DNA of 64,000 bases, taken from assembly GCA_964497315.1 (NCBI GenBank), contig CAZCCH010000007.1, positions 4,503-68,502 of the forward strand, written 5' to 3'. The stretch is from an uncultured Planctomycetia bacterium. Lineage in GTDB: Bacteria; Omnitrophota; Gorgyraeia; Taenaricolales; CAZCCH01. This document shows positions 1-9,120 of the stretch, one piece after another. The position numbers and the translations under genes are program-made. The notes under the pieces are model-generated. The model had not been told where the DNA came from. It did not search any database and was given only the letters and a program-made list of their open reading frames with translations. The number at the start of each line of letters is the position of its first letter. The stretch's first letter is position 1.

Positions 1-3000
1 ACCCAATTTCTTGAATGCTAGAAAATACAATGTCTTTTCTCTAAGAATAAAATCTGAGCAGGTCAATCCAGATATCGTTTTAAAATTGGAAGACAATGAT
101 GAGGTGCCAGCGCGAAGAATGAGCGTTAACCTGACAGATTATTCTACTGTGGATGGTACTTGGAGGACTATTGACATACCCCTGTCAGATTTTACATATA
201 AAGACTACAGTATTAATGATTTATATTCTGTTGCGTTAATATTTATGAACGCATCAGGGACTATCTATATTGATGACATCATGTTTAAATACGATCCTTC
301 ACTTGAGCCTGTGGACAGCGCGCATCTTCCAACCGTAAAACCGCCAAGTGAGGGAATGGTGCAAATAATAGGTAATAAACTTTGTATTAATGGCCAGCCA
401 TTTTTTGCTAAATCCGTCGGCTATCAGCCGACACCAGTAGGCCAACATGGGGGCAGTTGGGATAAGACGCAATCGGCAATATTCCAAAGGGATTTTCCTC
501 TTATTAAAGCAATGGGTGTGAATACTATAAAAACTTGGTCAGAGGTAAGTTCTGAAATGATGTATGAGGCAACACAGCATGGTCTTATGGTTGTGGCAGG
601 ATTTTACATAGATGGCTCGGAAGATTTTACAGACTCTGGCGTTAAGGATAGAATAAAGACAGCCTTCAGGGAATATGTAAACGATTTTAAAGATAGCCCA
701 AATCTTCTAATATGGTCTGTAGGAAATGAACAGAATAGGGTATATGCTGGAGATGACCTCAGTGACTGGTATTCTTTTGCAAATGAACTTGCCCAAATAG
801 CATATGAAGAAGAAGGAGGGAGCTATCATCCTGTCTTAATAGACAATGCAGGTATTGGATATGTTGGATATGCTCAAAAGGCAGCAGATGATGATTCTTT
901 GACATATGTAGATGTCTGGGGACTTAGTTTTTATAGGCCTCGGGGTGAGAATATTAACTTTGCCTTTGCTGATGTGTTTGAGAAAACCCATAAGCCGGTA
1001 TTCATAACAGAGTTTGGCGTGGATGCTTATGATGATGATACTGGTACTGAGGACCAGAGTGCTCAGGCAGCGTGGGATGGGGACCTATGGAACGATTTAT
1101 CTGTTGCAGAGAATTGCATAGGATGTAGTGTTTTTGAGTATTCAGATGAGTGGTGGAAGTTTTCCAGTGGTTCAGTATCGGAGCATGATGCAGGTGGTTG
1201 GGCGGTTTCCGTTGATGGTGTGGCACCGGATAATTACTCTAATGAAGAATTCTACGGCCTGGTGTTTATTGAAGATAATGGAGATAGTGTGGATAATGTG
1301 CATACGCGACTTGCCTATAATACATTACAGGAAAGATATTACCGTACTGGCCGCTTATTTCTTGAAATTACACGGCCTGCTACGCCAACAAATATCAGTG
1401 CCTCCATCCTATCTGGCAATGACGTTACTTTGACATGGGATGTGGTGAGCGGAGATATCGCCGGTTATAATATTTACCGCAGTCAAGAATCAGGCGGTGG
1501 ATTTATCAGATTAAACAGCTCATCAATAGCTTCCACAAGTTACATTGATACAGGAGTACAAGAAGGTAATACATACTATTATTTGGTGACTGCTGTTAAT
1601 TCAGATCATATTCCTGTTGAGGGAGCGGCTTCTGAAGAAATAGAAATAGATGCAAACCCGAACGAAGCTCCGACAATAATAGGGTTGCCTGATAGGGATT
1701 TAGACGAAGATACAACCGCTAATGATATAACAGACCTGTGGACATATGCACAAGATGACAATGACACTGATGCGCAGATGGTATTTAGCATTACCGCAAA
1801 CACAGAGCCAGACTGTGGCGTGACCATTGATTCAAACCGCTATATAGACATAGCGCCTACGGGAAATTGGTTTGGCACAAGCGAGGTTACTATCCGCGTT
1901 ACTGACAGAGGTGGCCTTTATGATGAGGATATATTTACCATAACCGTGGATTCCGTTAATGACGCACCCACCATTTCATCAGTCTCAATAACTCCAGATC
2001 CGGCCTATACTAACTCTACGCTGACTACCGTAGTTTCCGGCTGGAATGACGCAGAGGGAGCATCTGAAGATTATATATATCAGTGGTGGGAATATGATGG
2101 TGATGAATGGGAAGAGATAGATGACCAAACTTCCAACACCCTGACTGGTTCCTTCTTCCAAAAAGATGACCAGATAAAGATAATCTGCACACCAACAGAC
2201 GGAGAAGATGAGGGAACTTCTCAAGAAGATATAATTACCATATCAAATGCAGTACCAACACCACCAACAGTAGATATAACACCAAGTTCACCTACAACAG
2301 ATGATAACCTAATCTGTGCTATAACAGGTCACAGCACAGACTCAGACAGCGACCCAATCTCATACTCCTATGCCTGGTACAAAGATGGTGAATTACAGGC
2401 AGGCCTTACTACTAATACAGTCTTAGCAACTTTTACATCAAGAAATGAAATCTGGAGATGTGAAGTAAGAGGTGATGATGGGACAGCTTATAGTACAGCT
2501 GGTACAGTTCAGGTCCAGATAGATAACTTTATACCAACGGCATCTAATTTATCCATTACACCATCAAATCCAAAGACAACCGATACCATAAGAGCTGACT
2601 ACACCTACTCTGACCCAGATAGTGACCCAGAAAGCGGTAGCCGAATAAGATGGTATAGAGATGAAGAAGTTCAAGCAGGCTGCAATGACCAGACGACAGT
2701 TCCATCAACTGCTACACAAAAAGGCGAATCTTGGTATTTCACAGTCGAACCCAGTGATGGCGCAAGCTTTGGAACCATGGTTACTTCTAGTACTGTTACA
2801 ATACTTAACTCGACTCCCAATATCACCTCAGTTTCCATCATACCAGTTTTAGCCTTCACAGAAACAGACTTAATTGCTATACCAGCTGGTTGGTATGATG
2901 CAGATGGTGATGATGAAGCTTATTTATACCAATGGCAGGAGAACCAAGGCGGCAGCTGGTATGATATAGAAAGTGCTACATCGAGTACCCTAGACCACGC

Positions 3001-6000
3001 AAACTTCCAAAAAGATAACCAGATAAAGATAATCTGCACACCAACAGATGGAGAAGATGAGGGTACACCAAAAGAAAGTACAATCACAATCTCTAATTCA
3101 CCGCCATCGGTAACATCCGTTTCCATAACTCCAGACCCATCCTATATAGACGATATCTTAACAGCCACCCCCGCAGGCTGGAATGATGTAGATGGAGATG
3201 ATGAAGGTTATTTATATCAGTGGCATAATCAAGATGGAGCTATGGCAGGAGAGACTAATTCAACCTTAACCAATGCAAATTTTGATACCGCAGACCTGAT
3301 ACATTGCATAGTAACTCCTACCGATGGAATTGATACAGGTGAGCCTGAGAGCAGTGATGAGGTATTGATATATGATGTATATATCAGCCAGGGTGCGCAG
3401 TTGCACGACACCGCAGAATGGGAATTGGCTTTGGCCTGGTCGCTTGATAGTACAGAAATTGCATTCATACAACAATTTGCAGAAGGAAGCGAAGCTTTTA
3501 ATGTCTTCATAAAGACCGCTGATGGTTCTGGCCAGCCCGTTCAGGTTACGACTGACTCGGATAATGTAGTTTGGTCTTCTCAATTAAGCTGGGCGTATGA
3601 CGCAAGCAAGGTTGCATTTGTATCCAGGCCTGCAGATAAAGAAAAAATAATGCTGGCAAATGTTGACGGCTCAGGCGTCGAAACACTTTTGAGTGATGAT
3701 GCAATAGATTACAACAATCCATTTTTTGCCTGGATGCAACCTGATGAACAACGCAGGTTATTCTATGCAAAGGATTATGATATATACTGCGTTGCCGTCG
3801 ATACCAACGGCAGTATTGTTGGTGAAGAACTCCGGATAAGTGATTTAAGAGGTACGCATGATCGTTGTGTGGGTATTTCAGTTTCTCCTGATGGAGCAAA
3901 GCTCGCCTTCATAAATGATAGATCAGGCCAGCCAGGGGGGCATCGCGGCGTATATGCAATAGACAATCTCGAAAGTATTATTGATGGTTCAAGAGGAACA
4001 GTTGAACAATGGTCGGATTCTGATTTGATTAAGCTAGCAGACTTTTCTAATGGAAAGCTGGAGACCTCCTGGTCCCGCAGTGGCTCAATGGTCTATTTCA
4101 GCGTAGATTCTAACGATGTCTATGATCCATCTGGATATCCTAATTTGAATACAGTGTATACAGGATGCGATTTTGATGTATATAAGGTAAGCTCAGAAGG
4201 CGGCACAGCTTCTAAGGTTGACGATCAAGATTACAGTCAATGCCATATGCAATATTCGCCTGATGGCAATAGGATTTCCTATTGGAGTGATTTAGACGGA
4301 GACGGTGACATATATATAGTAACGCTTGCTGCGGGCAGTCCGAGTATTGTCCTTAAAGATGTGGTTACCGGTTCAGTTGAATACACCAATTCTCAGACGG
4401 TGAATGTCGAGCTGAGTGTTTTCAATGGAAGTTACTACATGAAAAGCGAAGACTCCAATTTCACAGATGCGGAATGGGTTGCCTCAACATTTCCCACAAC
4501 CGTTACACATACCTTCCTTACAGACACTGATGAAACCAAGACTGTCTATGCTAAGTTTAAAAACGACCTTGATGTTGAAAGTGCCGTAGTCAGTGATACT
4601 ATAGAACTGATTACAGAAATGCCAATTTTAGTTAGTATATCGTTATCTGATCAAAACACAGACTCGACTACAAAGACAAATGACCCTGTAGTAGATGTAG
4701 CTGTAAATGTAAGCGGTTCAGTGGCAGATATGATTTTGTCAGAAAATCCTGATTTTGCCGGCTCAGATTGGCAATTCTTCTTGGAAACAACTACCTTTAC
4801 CTTATCCAGCGGCGATAGAGAAAAGACAGTTTATTGCAAGGTAAGAAATATCGTTCAGAATGAAAGCAATACGGCAAGCGATGCAATCGCTTTAGATAGG
4901 CTAGGGCCCTCAGCAGTGTCTAACCTAATAGCTAACTGTCCTGTTGACAGCCGTGTTGTTAGCCTGGCATGGGAAAACCCGTCAGAGTCAGATTTCGAAA
5001 TGACAATGATAAGAAGGAAAACAGACAGTTATCCATCTGATAGAAATGATGGTACGCAAGTGTATTACGGTTCTGGTACCTCAGTTACAGATACTGTACC
5101 TGAAGAGAAAACCCAGTATTACTATAGGGCCTGGTCTCATGATGATATACAGAATTGGTCAGATGATTATGCCCAAAAAGAGGTAACCAGTGGCGACACA
5201 CAAGACCCGGACCAAATTGTAAACTTTACTGCCACTGCCAGCGATACGGAACTTAGCATAACCCTCAGTTGGGAAAGACCTGTATCTGATGATTATGCAG
5301 GTGTGGTGATTAGAAGAAGCACTGATTCTGCGCCTACGAACATTACTGATGGGGAACTCGTGGTTGATTCATCCCTTACATCTTATGAGGATGAGAGCCT
5401 AAAAGAATATACCCATTACTATTATTCAGCCTTTTCCTATGATGACATCGGCAGATATAGCCCTTCTGTGTCGGCAAATACCAGAACAGGCGATTTTTCT
5501 CTGCCATTTGTTGAAGACTTAAAGCCACAGAACGGGACAGCACAAATACCCTGCGATACAAATATCTTACTGCATATAAAAGATACCCTTAGCGGCGTAG
5601 ATAGAGATTCCATTGTTTTAGAGGTAAACGGTGAGGATATCAACCTGATAAATCCTGAAGTTGTTTTAGAGGAACAACGGGAAGATTTTCAGCCCTATGC
5701 CTTTATAGCAGGAACGCCGCAGGATTATCTGATAGCTTATGACTCACAAGAAGATTTTAATTCTGAGCAAGAAGTAAATGTATCCATTCAGGCAAATGAC
5801 CTTTACTCAATAACCAACCGACTAAGCTATGAATATTCTTTCATAACGCAAATGATGGATATCGGGGGAAATGTTAGGGTTAATGATCCTGCGATTGCAA
5901 CCCCTGATTTAACTACTCAACCTCAGTCCTCAATTGCGATTGGAGGAGGCAATGCCAAAAACATCTATGTTGCATGGGAGGTCAAAGGCGGGACAGGGAA

Positions 6001-7699
6001 TGACTGGGATATCTATTTTGCTAAGTCTATAGATTCAGGTAGCAGTTTTAGTGAGAGTAAAAAGGTATACGAAGACTTGGGAGGGTTTAATCAGAGAAGG
6101 CCTCAGATTGCAATCGACAGTAGAGGCAATATTTTTATAGCGTATCAAGGTCAGGATGAAGGAGGCAATACCAATATTTACCTTACAGCCTCAAGTGATG
6201 GCGGAGAGACATTTGACTCCCCCAGGCTGATAAATGAAAATCTGCTTTTGGCAGAGTCGCCTTCTATAGCCATATCAAACAACAATCGTATACATCTGGC
6301 CTGGACGGAGCACACAGAAGCAGGTAATTGGGTAGTATACTATACTCTGTTAAGAAATTTTTCAGCCAATGCCGGTGAGATAATCAGGGTCGACGATGGA
6401 ACATTTACTAGTTTTAGAGGTACGCCTTTACTTAAACTTACTCAAAGCGGAGATCCGCATGTTGTTTTCTGTGGCAATAAAGGCGCAGGCTTTCATATAT
6501 ACCTTTCAAAACAAGAAGGAAGTGATTTTACTAGCCCTGTGCAAATAGATGCAAGCACAGCAGTCGCTGACTCACCAACCTTTGACATTTCTGCGAATGG
6601 AAGAAATATCTATGTAGCATGGGTGGACACAAGAAGTAGCAAGAAAGATATATGTTTTGCAAAATCCACAGATTCCGGAGCAAACTTTACAGAGACAACC
6701 CAAATTACTGATGATTCACTGCAGTTGGATAAAATATCGCCGCGTCTTTGTATAGACTCTCAACAGAAGGTGTACCTGGCTTGGTCTGACATGAGAAACG
6801 ATGACGGTGATATTTACTTTGCGCAGTCTTTGGACGGCGGTACATCTTTTGGCACCAACATATTAATAAACGATGATGCAGGCAGTGCCTGGCAGGGAAA
6901 TCCAGTTCTGGCAATAGATAATTCAGCAAAACATGTATATTTTATCTGGTCAGATGCCAGAAACGAAAAAATCGAGGTATGCTTTAGCAAGAATTCAACA
7001 GCCGAAGTCCATTCTTCTAACTTAATAGAGCCTGAAGAAGGTGGTTCAGTTACAGTTGAAGAAGGTTCGGATATTGAAGGGACCACTGTAACCATACCGC
7101 AGGGTGCCCTGGAGGTAGATACGAATATTTCTATTGGCCAAGTGGATAGTCCGCCGGAATTCACGACATTGGCCAACATTGCATTCGTCGGTAAAGCAAT
7201 AAGCCTGGGGCCAGGAGGTACAACATTTGGAGCTCCAATAACGATAAGGATTCCATATACGCAGGCAGATTTGGATACAGTTGGTGTACCTGCGGCAAAT
7301 TTAGCGATATATTACTATAACGAGACGACGACAATTTGGGAAAGGTTGCCGAGTGTTGTGTACCCTACGTACGTGGAGGCCCAGATAGAGCATTTCTCAT
7401 TGTTTATCTTAGGCGGTGAGGCTGTATTAGGCGGCCTTTTGTATAACATGGGCCTTGGGAGTTGTTTCATAGCCACCGCTGCCTATGGTACGCCTTTAGC
7501 AGATGAAGTTGGCATCCTTTGCGAATTCAGGGATAGGCATTTATTGAAAAATGAATTAGGCAGAAGATTTGTCAGGTTTTACTACAAGACGAGCCCGCCA
7601 ATCGCAAAGACTATATCGAAAAGCTGGCTGCTGAAGAAAATCGTCCGGTTTTTACTCCGGCCCATAGTGGAGGTTGTAAGCAGATGTATTACAATGTAG
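1..7699 (+). CDS. Giant multidomain secreted/surface glycosidase-like protein (5'-partial, >=2562 aa). Domain order: CBM-like N-terminus; clan GH-A (GH2-type) TIM barrel; FN3; cadherin/Ig-like; ~90-aa tandem repeats; PD40/TolB-like beta-propeller; FN3 x2; BNR/Asp-box beta-propeller; Cys-containing C-terminal tail.
   Basis: ORF 11..7699 opens with TTG and the frame stays open to the window edge, so the 5' end is probably outside. Acid/base-like WSVGNEQN and nucleophile-like ITEFGVDAY match the GH2 pattern (E. coli beta-glucuronidase TEYGVD). FN3 signatures TLTWD..GYNIYR..TYYYLVTAVN and LAWENP..YYYRAWSHDD. PD40-like SPDGAKLAF and YSPDGNRISY. Asp-boxes SIDSGSSF, SSDGGETF, STDSGANF, SLDGGTSF. Tail GSCFIATAAYGTPLADEVGILCEFRDRHLL. 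Confidence 0.8.
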   Translation, partial: PNFLNARKYNVFSLRIKSEQVNPDIVLKLEDNDEVPARRMSVNLTDYSTVDGTWRTIDIPLSDFTYKDYSINDLYSVALIFMNASGTIYIDDIMFKYDPSLEPVDSAHLPTVKPPSEGMVQIIGNKLCINGQPFFAKSVGYQPTPVGQHGGSWDKTQSAIFQRDFPLIKAMGVNTIKTWSEVSSEMMYEATQHGLMVVAGFYIDGSEDFTDSGVKDRIKTAFREYVNDFKDSPNLLIWSVGNEQNRVYAGDDLSDWYSFANELAQIAYEEEGGSYHPVLIDNAGIGYVGYAQKAADDDSLTYVDVWGLSFYRPRGENINFAFADVFEKTHKPVFITEFGVDAYDDDTGTEDQSAQAAWDGDLWNDLSVAENCIGCSVFEYSDEWWKFSSGSVSEHDAGGWAVSVDGVAPDNYSNEEFYGLVFIEDNGDSVDNVHTRLAYNTLQERYYRTGRLFLEITRPATPTNISASILSGNDVTLTWDVVSGDIAGYNIYRSQESGGGFIRLNSSSIASTSYIDTGVQEGNTYYYLVTAVNSDHIPVEGAASEEIEIDANPNEAPTIIGLPDRDLDEDTTANDITDLWTYAQDDNDTDAQMVFSITANTEPDCGVTIDSNRYIDIAPTGNWFGTSEVTIRVTDRGGLYDEDIFTITVDSVNDAPTISSVSITPDPAYTNSTLTTVVSGWNDAEGASEDYIYQWWEYDGDEWEEIDDQTSNTLTGSFFQKDDQIKIICTPTDGEDEGTSQEDIITISNAVPTPPTVDITPSSPTTDDNLICAITGHSTDSDSDPISYSYAWYKDGELQAGLTTNTVLATFTSRNEIWRCEVRGDDGTAYSTAGTVQVQIDNFIPTASNLSITPSNPKTTDTIRADYTYSDPDSDPESGSRIRWYRDEEVQAGCNDQTTVPSTATQKGESWYFTVEPSDGASFGTMVTSSTVTILNSTPNITSVSIIPVLAFTETDLIAIPAGWYDADGDDEAYLYQWQENQGGSWYDIESATSSTLDHANFQKDNQIKIICTPTDGEDEGTPKESTITISNSPPSVTSVSITPDPSYIDDILTATPAGWNDVDGDDEGYLYQWHNQDGAMAGETNSTLTNANFDTADLIHCIVTPTDGIDTGEPESSDEVLIYDVYISQGAQLHDTAEWELALAWSLDSTEIAFIQQFAEGSEAFNVFIKTADGSGQPVQVTTDSDNVVWSSQLSWAYDASKVAFVSRPADKEKIMLANVDGSGVETLLSDDAIDYNNPFFAWMQPDEQRRLFYAKDYDIYCVAVDTNGSIVGEELRISDLRGTHDRCVGISVSPDGAKLAFINDRSGQPGGHRGVYAIDNLESIIDGSRGTVEQWSDSDLIKLADFSNGKLETSWSRSGSMVYFSVDSNDVYDPSGYPNLNTVYTGCDFDVYKVSSEGGTASKVDDQDYSQCHMQYSPDGNRISYWSDLDGDGDIYIVTLAAGSPSIVLKDVVTGSVEYTNSQTVNVELSVFNGSYYMKSEDSNFTDAEWVASTFPTTVTHTFLTDTDETKTVYAKFKNDLDVESAVVSDTIELITEMPILVSISLSDQNTDSTTKTNDPVVDVAVNVSGSVADMILSENPDFAGSDWQFFLETTTFTLSSGDREKTVYCKVRNIVQNESNTASDAIALDRLGPSAVSNLIANCPVDSRVVSLAWENPSESDFEMTMIRRKTDSYPSDRNDGTQVYYGSGTSVTDTVPEEKTQYYYRAWSHDDIQNWSDDYAQKEVTSGDTQDPDQIVNFTATASDTELSITLSWERPVSDDYAGVVIRRSTDSAPTNITDGELVVDSSLTSYEDESLKEYTHYYYSAFSYDDIGRYSPSVSANTRTGDFSLPFVEDLKPQNGTAQIPCDTNILLHIKDTLSGVDRDSIVLEVNGEDINLINPEVVLEEQREDFQPYAFIAGTPQDYLIAYDSQEDFNSEQEVNVSIQANDLYSITNRLSYEYSFITQMMDIGGNVRVNDPAIATPDLTTQPQSSIAIGGGNAKNIYVAWEVKGGTGNDWDIYFAKSIDSGSSFSESKKVYEDLGGFNQRRPQIAIDSRGNIFIAYQGQDEGGNTNIYLTASSDGGETFDSPRLINENLLLAESPSIAISNNNRIHLAWTEHTEAGNWVVYYTLLRNFSANAGEIIRVDDGTFTSFRGTPLLKLTQSGDPHVVFCGNKGAGFHIYLSKQEGSDFTSPVQIDASTAVADSPTFDISANGRNIYVAWVDTRSSKKDICFAKSTDSGANFTETTQITDDSLQLDKISPRLCIDSQQKVYLAWSDMRNDDGDIYFAQSLDGGTSFGTNILINDDAGSAWQGNPVLAIDNSAKHVYFIWSDARNEKIEVCFSKNSTAEVHSSNLIEPEEGGSVTVEEGSDIEGTTVTIPQGALEVDTNISIGQVDSPPEFTTLANIAFVGKAISLGPGGTTFGAPITIRIPYTQADLDTVGVPAANLAIYYYNETTTIWERLPSVVYPTYVEAQIEHFSLFILGGEAVLGGLLYNMGLGSCFIATAAYGTPLADEVGILCEFRDRHLLKNELGRRFVRFYYKTSPPIAKTISKSWLLKKIVRFLLRPIVEVVSRCITM
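2156..2218 (+). repeat. ~62-nt near-identical intragenic direct repeat, partner at 3005..3067, marking ~90-aa tandem protein modules
   Basis: ttccaaaaagat(g/a)accagataaagataatctgcacaccaacaga(c/t)ggagaagatgaggg(a/t)ac at both sites; encodes FQKD(D/N)QIKIICTPTDGEDEGT. Confidence 0.85.
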
Positions 7700-8307
7700 G
7701 CAAACTATGCAAATCGGATATCATATGTAGGTTTATTTTGATTTTGTGCATTGTGCTGATATCTTTTTGTGAATCTGAAGCTAGTGATTCCCATGAGGAA
7801 TGTAGGGATGCATTCTCCAATTTTAAACTCGTCGGCACTGTGATTTGCGAAGAACCGGTAGCGTGTTTTGAAGATGTTAAATCAGATAAGTTAGTTATTT
7901 GTAGGATAGGTGATAGAATAGGCCAGGCATATAAGGTTGCCGAGATAAATAGAGGAGAGGTTATTTTAGAAAGCGAATCAGATAAGGGTGTGTTAACATT
8001 ATGGACAGGCGCGGTTGACATGTATGAACCGAGTTGTTTGTCCTCTTTGGTAAGCATTAAGCCGGAAGTAGACACTGAAACCGGGGATTTCCTCGGGCTT
8101 AAGCTGGAGAAGATTAAACAGAAGCGCATAATTGAAATGGCAGGCATAAAAGAAGGAGACCTGATAAATAATATAAACGGCCAGGAGCTTTCCAGTCTGC
8201 AGAAGACTGTTCAGGTTATAAGGAAGGCCAAGAAGCTAAGCAATCTAAAGATAAGGCTTTTGCGAGACAATGAATCGATAATATTAAAATATGGAGGCGA
8301 AAAATGA
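7684..8307 (+). CDS. Membrane-anchored PDZ-domain protein (GspC-like architecture possible)
   Basis: N-terminal hydrophobic segment ICRFILILCIVLISFC. C-terminal PDZ-like block MAGIKEGDLINNINGQEL. Start overlaps the last 16 nt of the giant ORF. Confidence 0.45.
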   Translation: MYYNVGKLCKSDIICRFILILCIVLISFCESEASDSHEECRDAFSNFKLVGTVICEEPVACFEDVKSDKLVICRIGDRIGQAYKVAEINRGEVILESESDKGVLTLWTGAVDMYEPSCLSSLVSIKPEVDTETGDFLGLKLEKIKQKRIIEMAGIKEGDLINNINGQELSSLQKTVQVIRKAKKLSNLKIRLLRDNESIILKYGGEK

Positions 8308-9101
8308 TAAAATTCCAAACAAAATCTTTTAAGATTTTTATTTTGGTCATTGTATATTTGCTATCGAATATTGTTTGTGATTTATGTTACGCCGCAGAGC
8401 TCGGCAGCTCATTACAAACACTTGAAAATAAAAAATACGATATCGGTATCGGATATAAGTATCTTTTTGAAAAAGACCTCGTTGATAGCAATAAGATAGA
8501 GTCCTATAATGCCGAATATCTAAAACTGGCCTATGGCGTAGAAAATTATGCAAACCTGCACTTTAGGTTAGGAACTGCGAATATGAACACGCAAATAATG
8601 AACGCTGGGGCACTCTATGATGAGGGGTATTCCCATGGTTTTCTGTGGGGTCTTGGAGTTAGTCAATCCTATGATTTCCTGTGGGGTGAGGATATCTGGT
8701 TTGTAGGATATGATCTTGGCTACAATGCCTGGAAAGGTGATTTTGACTCTGTCGCACGGGAAGGCGTAGGCGGCAGCAATCTTCAAGGTGATATTAGCGT
8801 AGATGAACTGGCACTAACAACTTTCTTAGGTAGAGACTTCTATTTTTGGTGGGATTTAGATGAGGTTAAAGTAACCCCGTATGTTGGTCTTGAGGCCTCT
8901 TATCTTGAAATAAATAGAAACGATTTGAGATTTGAGATTTCAGGGACTGATTATCTCAGCAAAGGTTCGACACATTCAGATGACTATTTTGGTATTCTGG
9001 TGGGGTCAAATTTTGAATTTAACGATAAATGGTCAACAAATATCGAAGCGAGATTTCTTTCTGAGACTTCCGTCGGCATTTCTGGCAGGATAAAGTTTTA
9101 A
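8304..9101 (+). CDS. Outer-membrane beta-barrel protein (OmpA-like beta-barrel fold)
   Basis: Signal/anchor at N-terminus. Alternating Tyr/Gly-rich amphipathic strands. C-terminal GISGRIKF ends in aromatic F, as is typical of Omp85-dependent OMPs. 4-nt start/stop overlap with the upstream gene. Confidence 0.55.
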   Translation: MIKFQTKSFKIFILVIVYLLSNIVCDLCYAAELGSSLQTLENKKYDIGIGYKYLFEKDLVDSNKIESYNAEYLKLAYGVENYANLHFRLGTANMNTQIMNAGALYDEGYSHGFLWGLGVSQSYDFLWGEDIWFVGYDLGYNAWKGDFDSVAREGVGGSNLQGDISVDELALTTFLGRDFYFWWDLDEVKVTPYVGLEASYLEINRNDLRFEISGTDYLSKGSTHSDDYFGILVGSNFEFNDKWSTNIEARFLSETSVGISGRIKF

Positions 9102-9120
9102 ATAGTTGCCCTGTTCCCAT

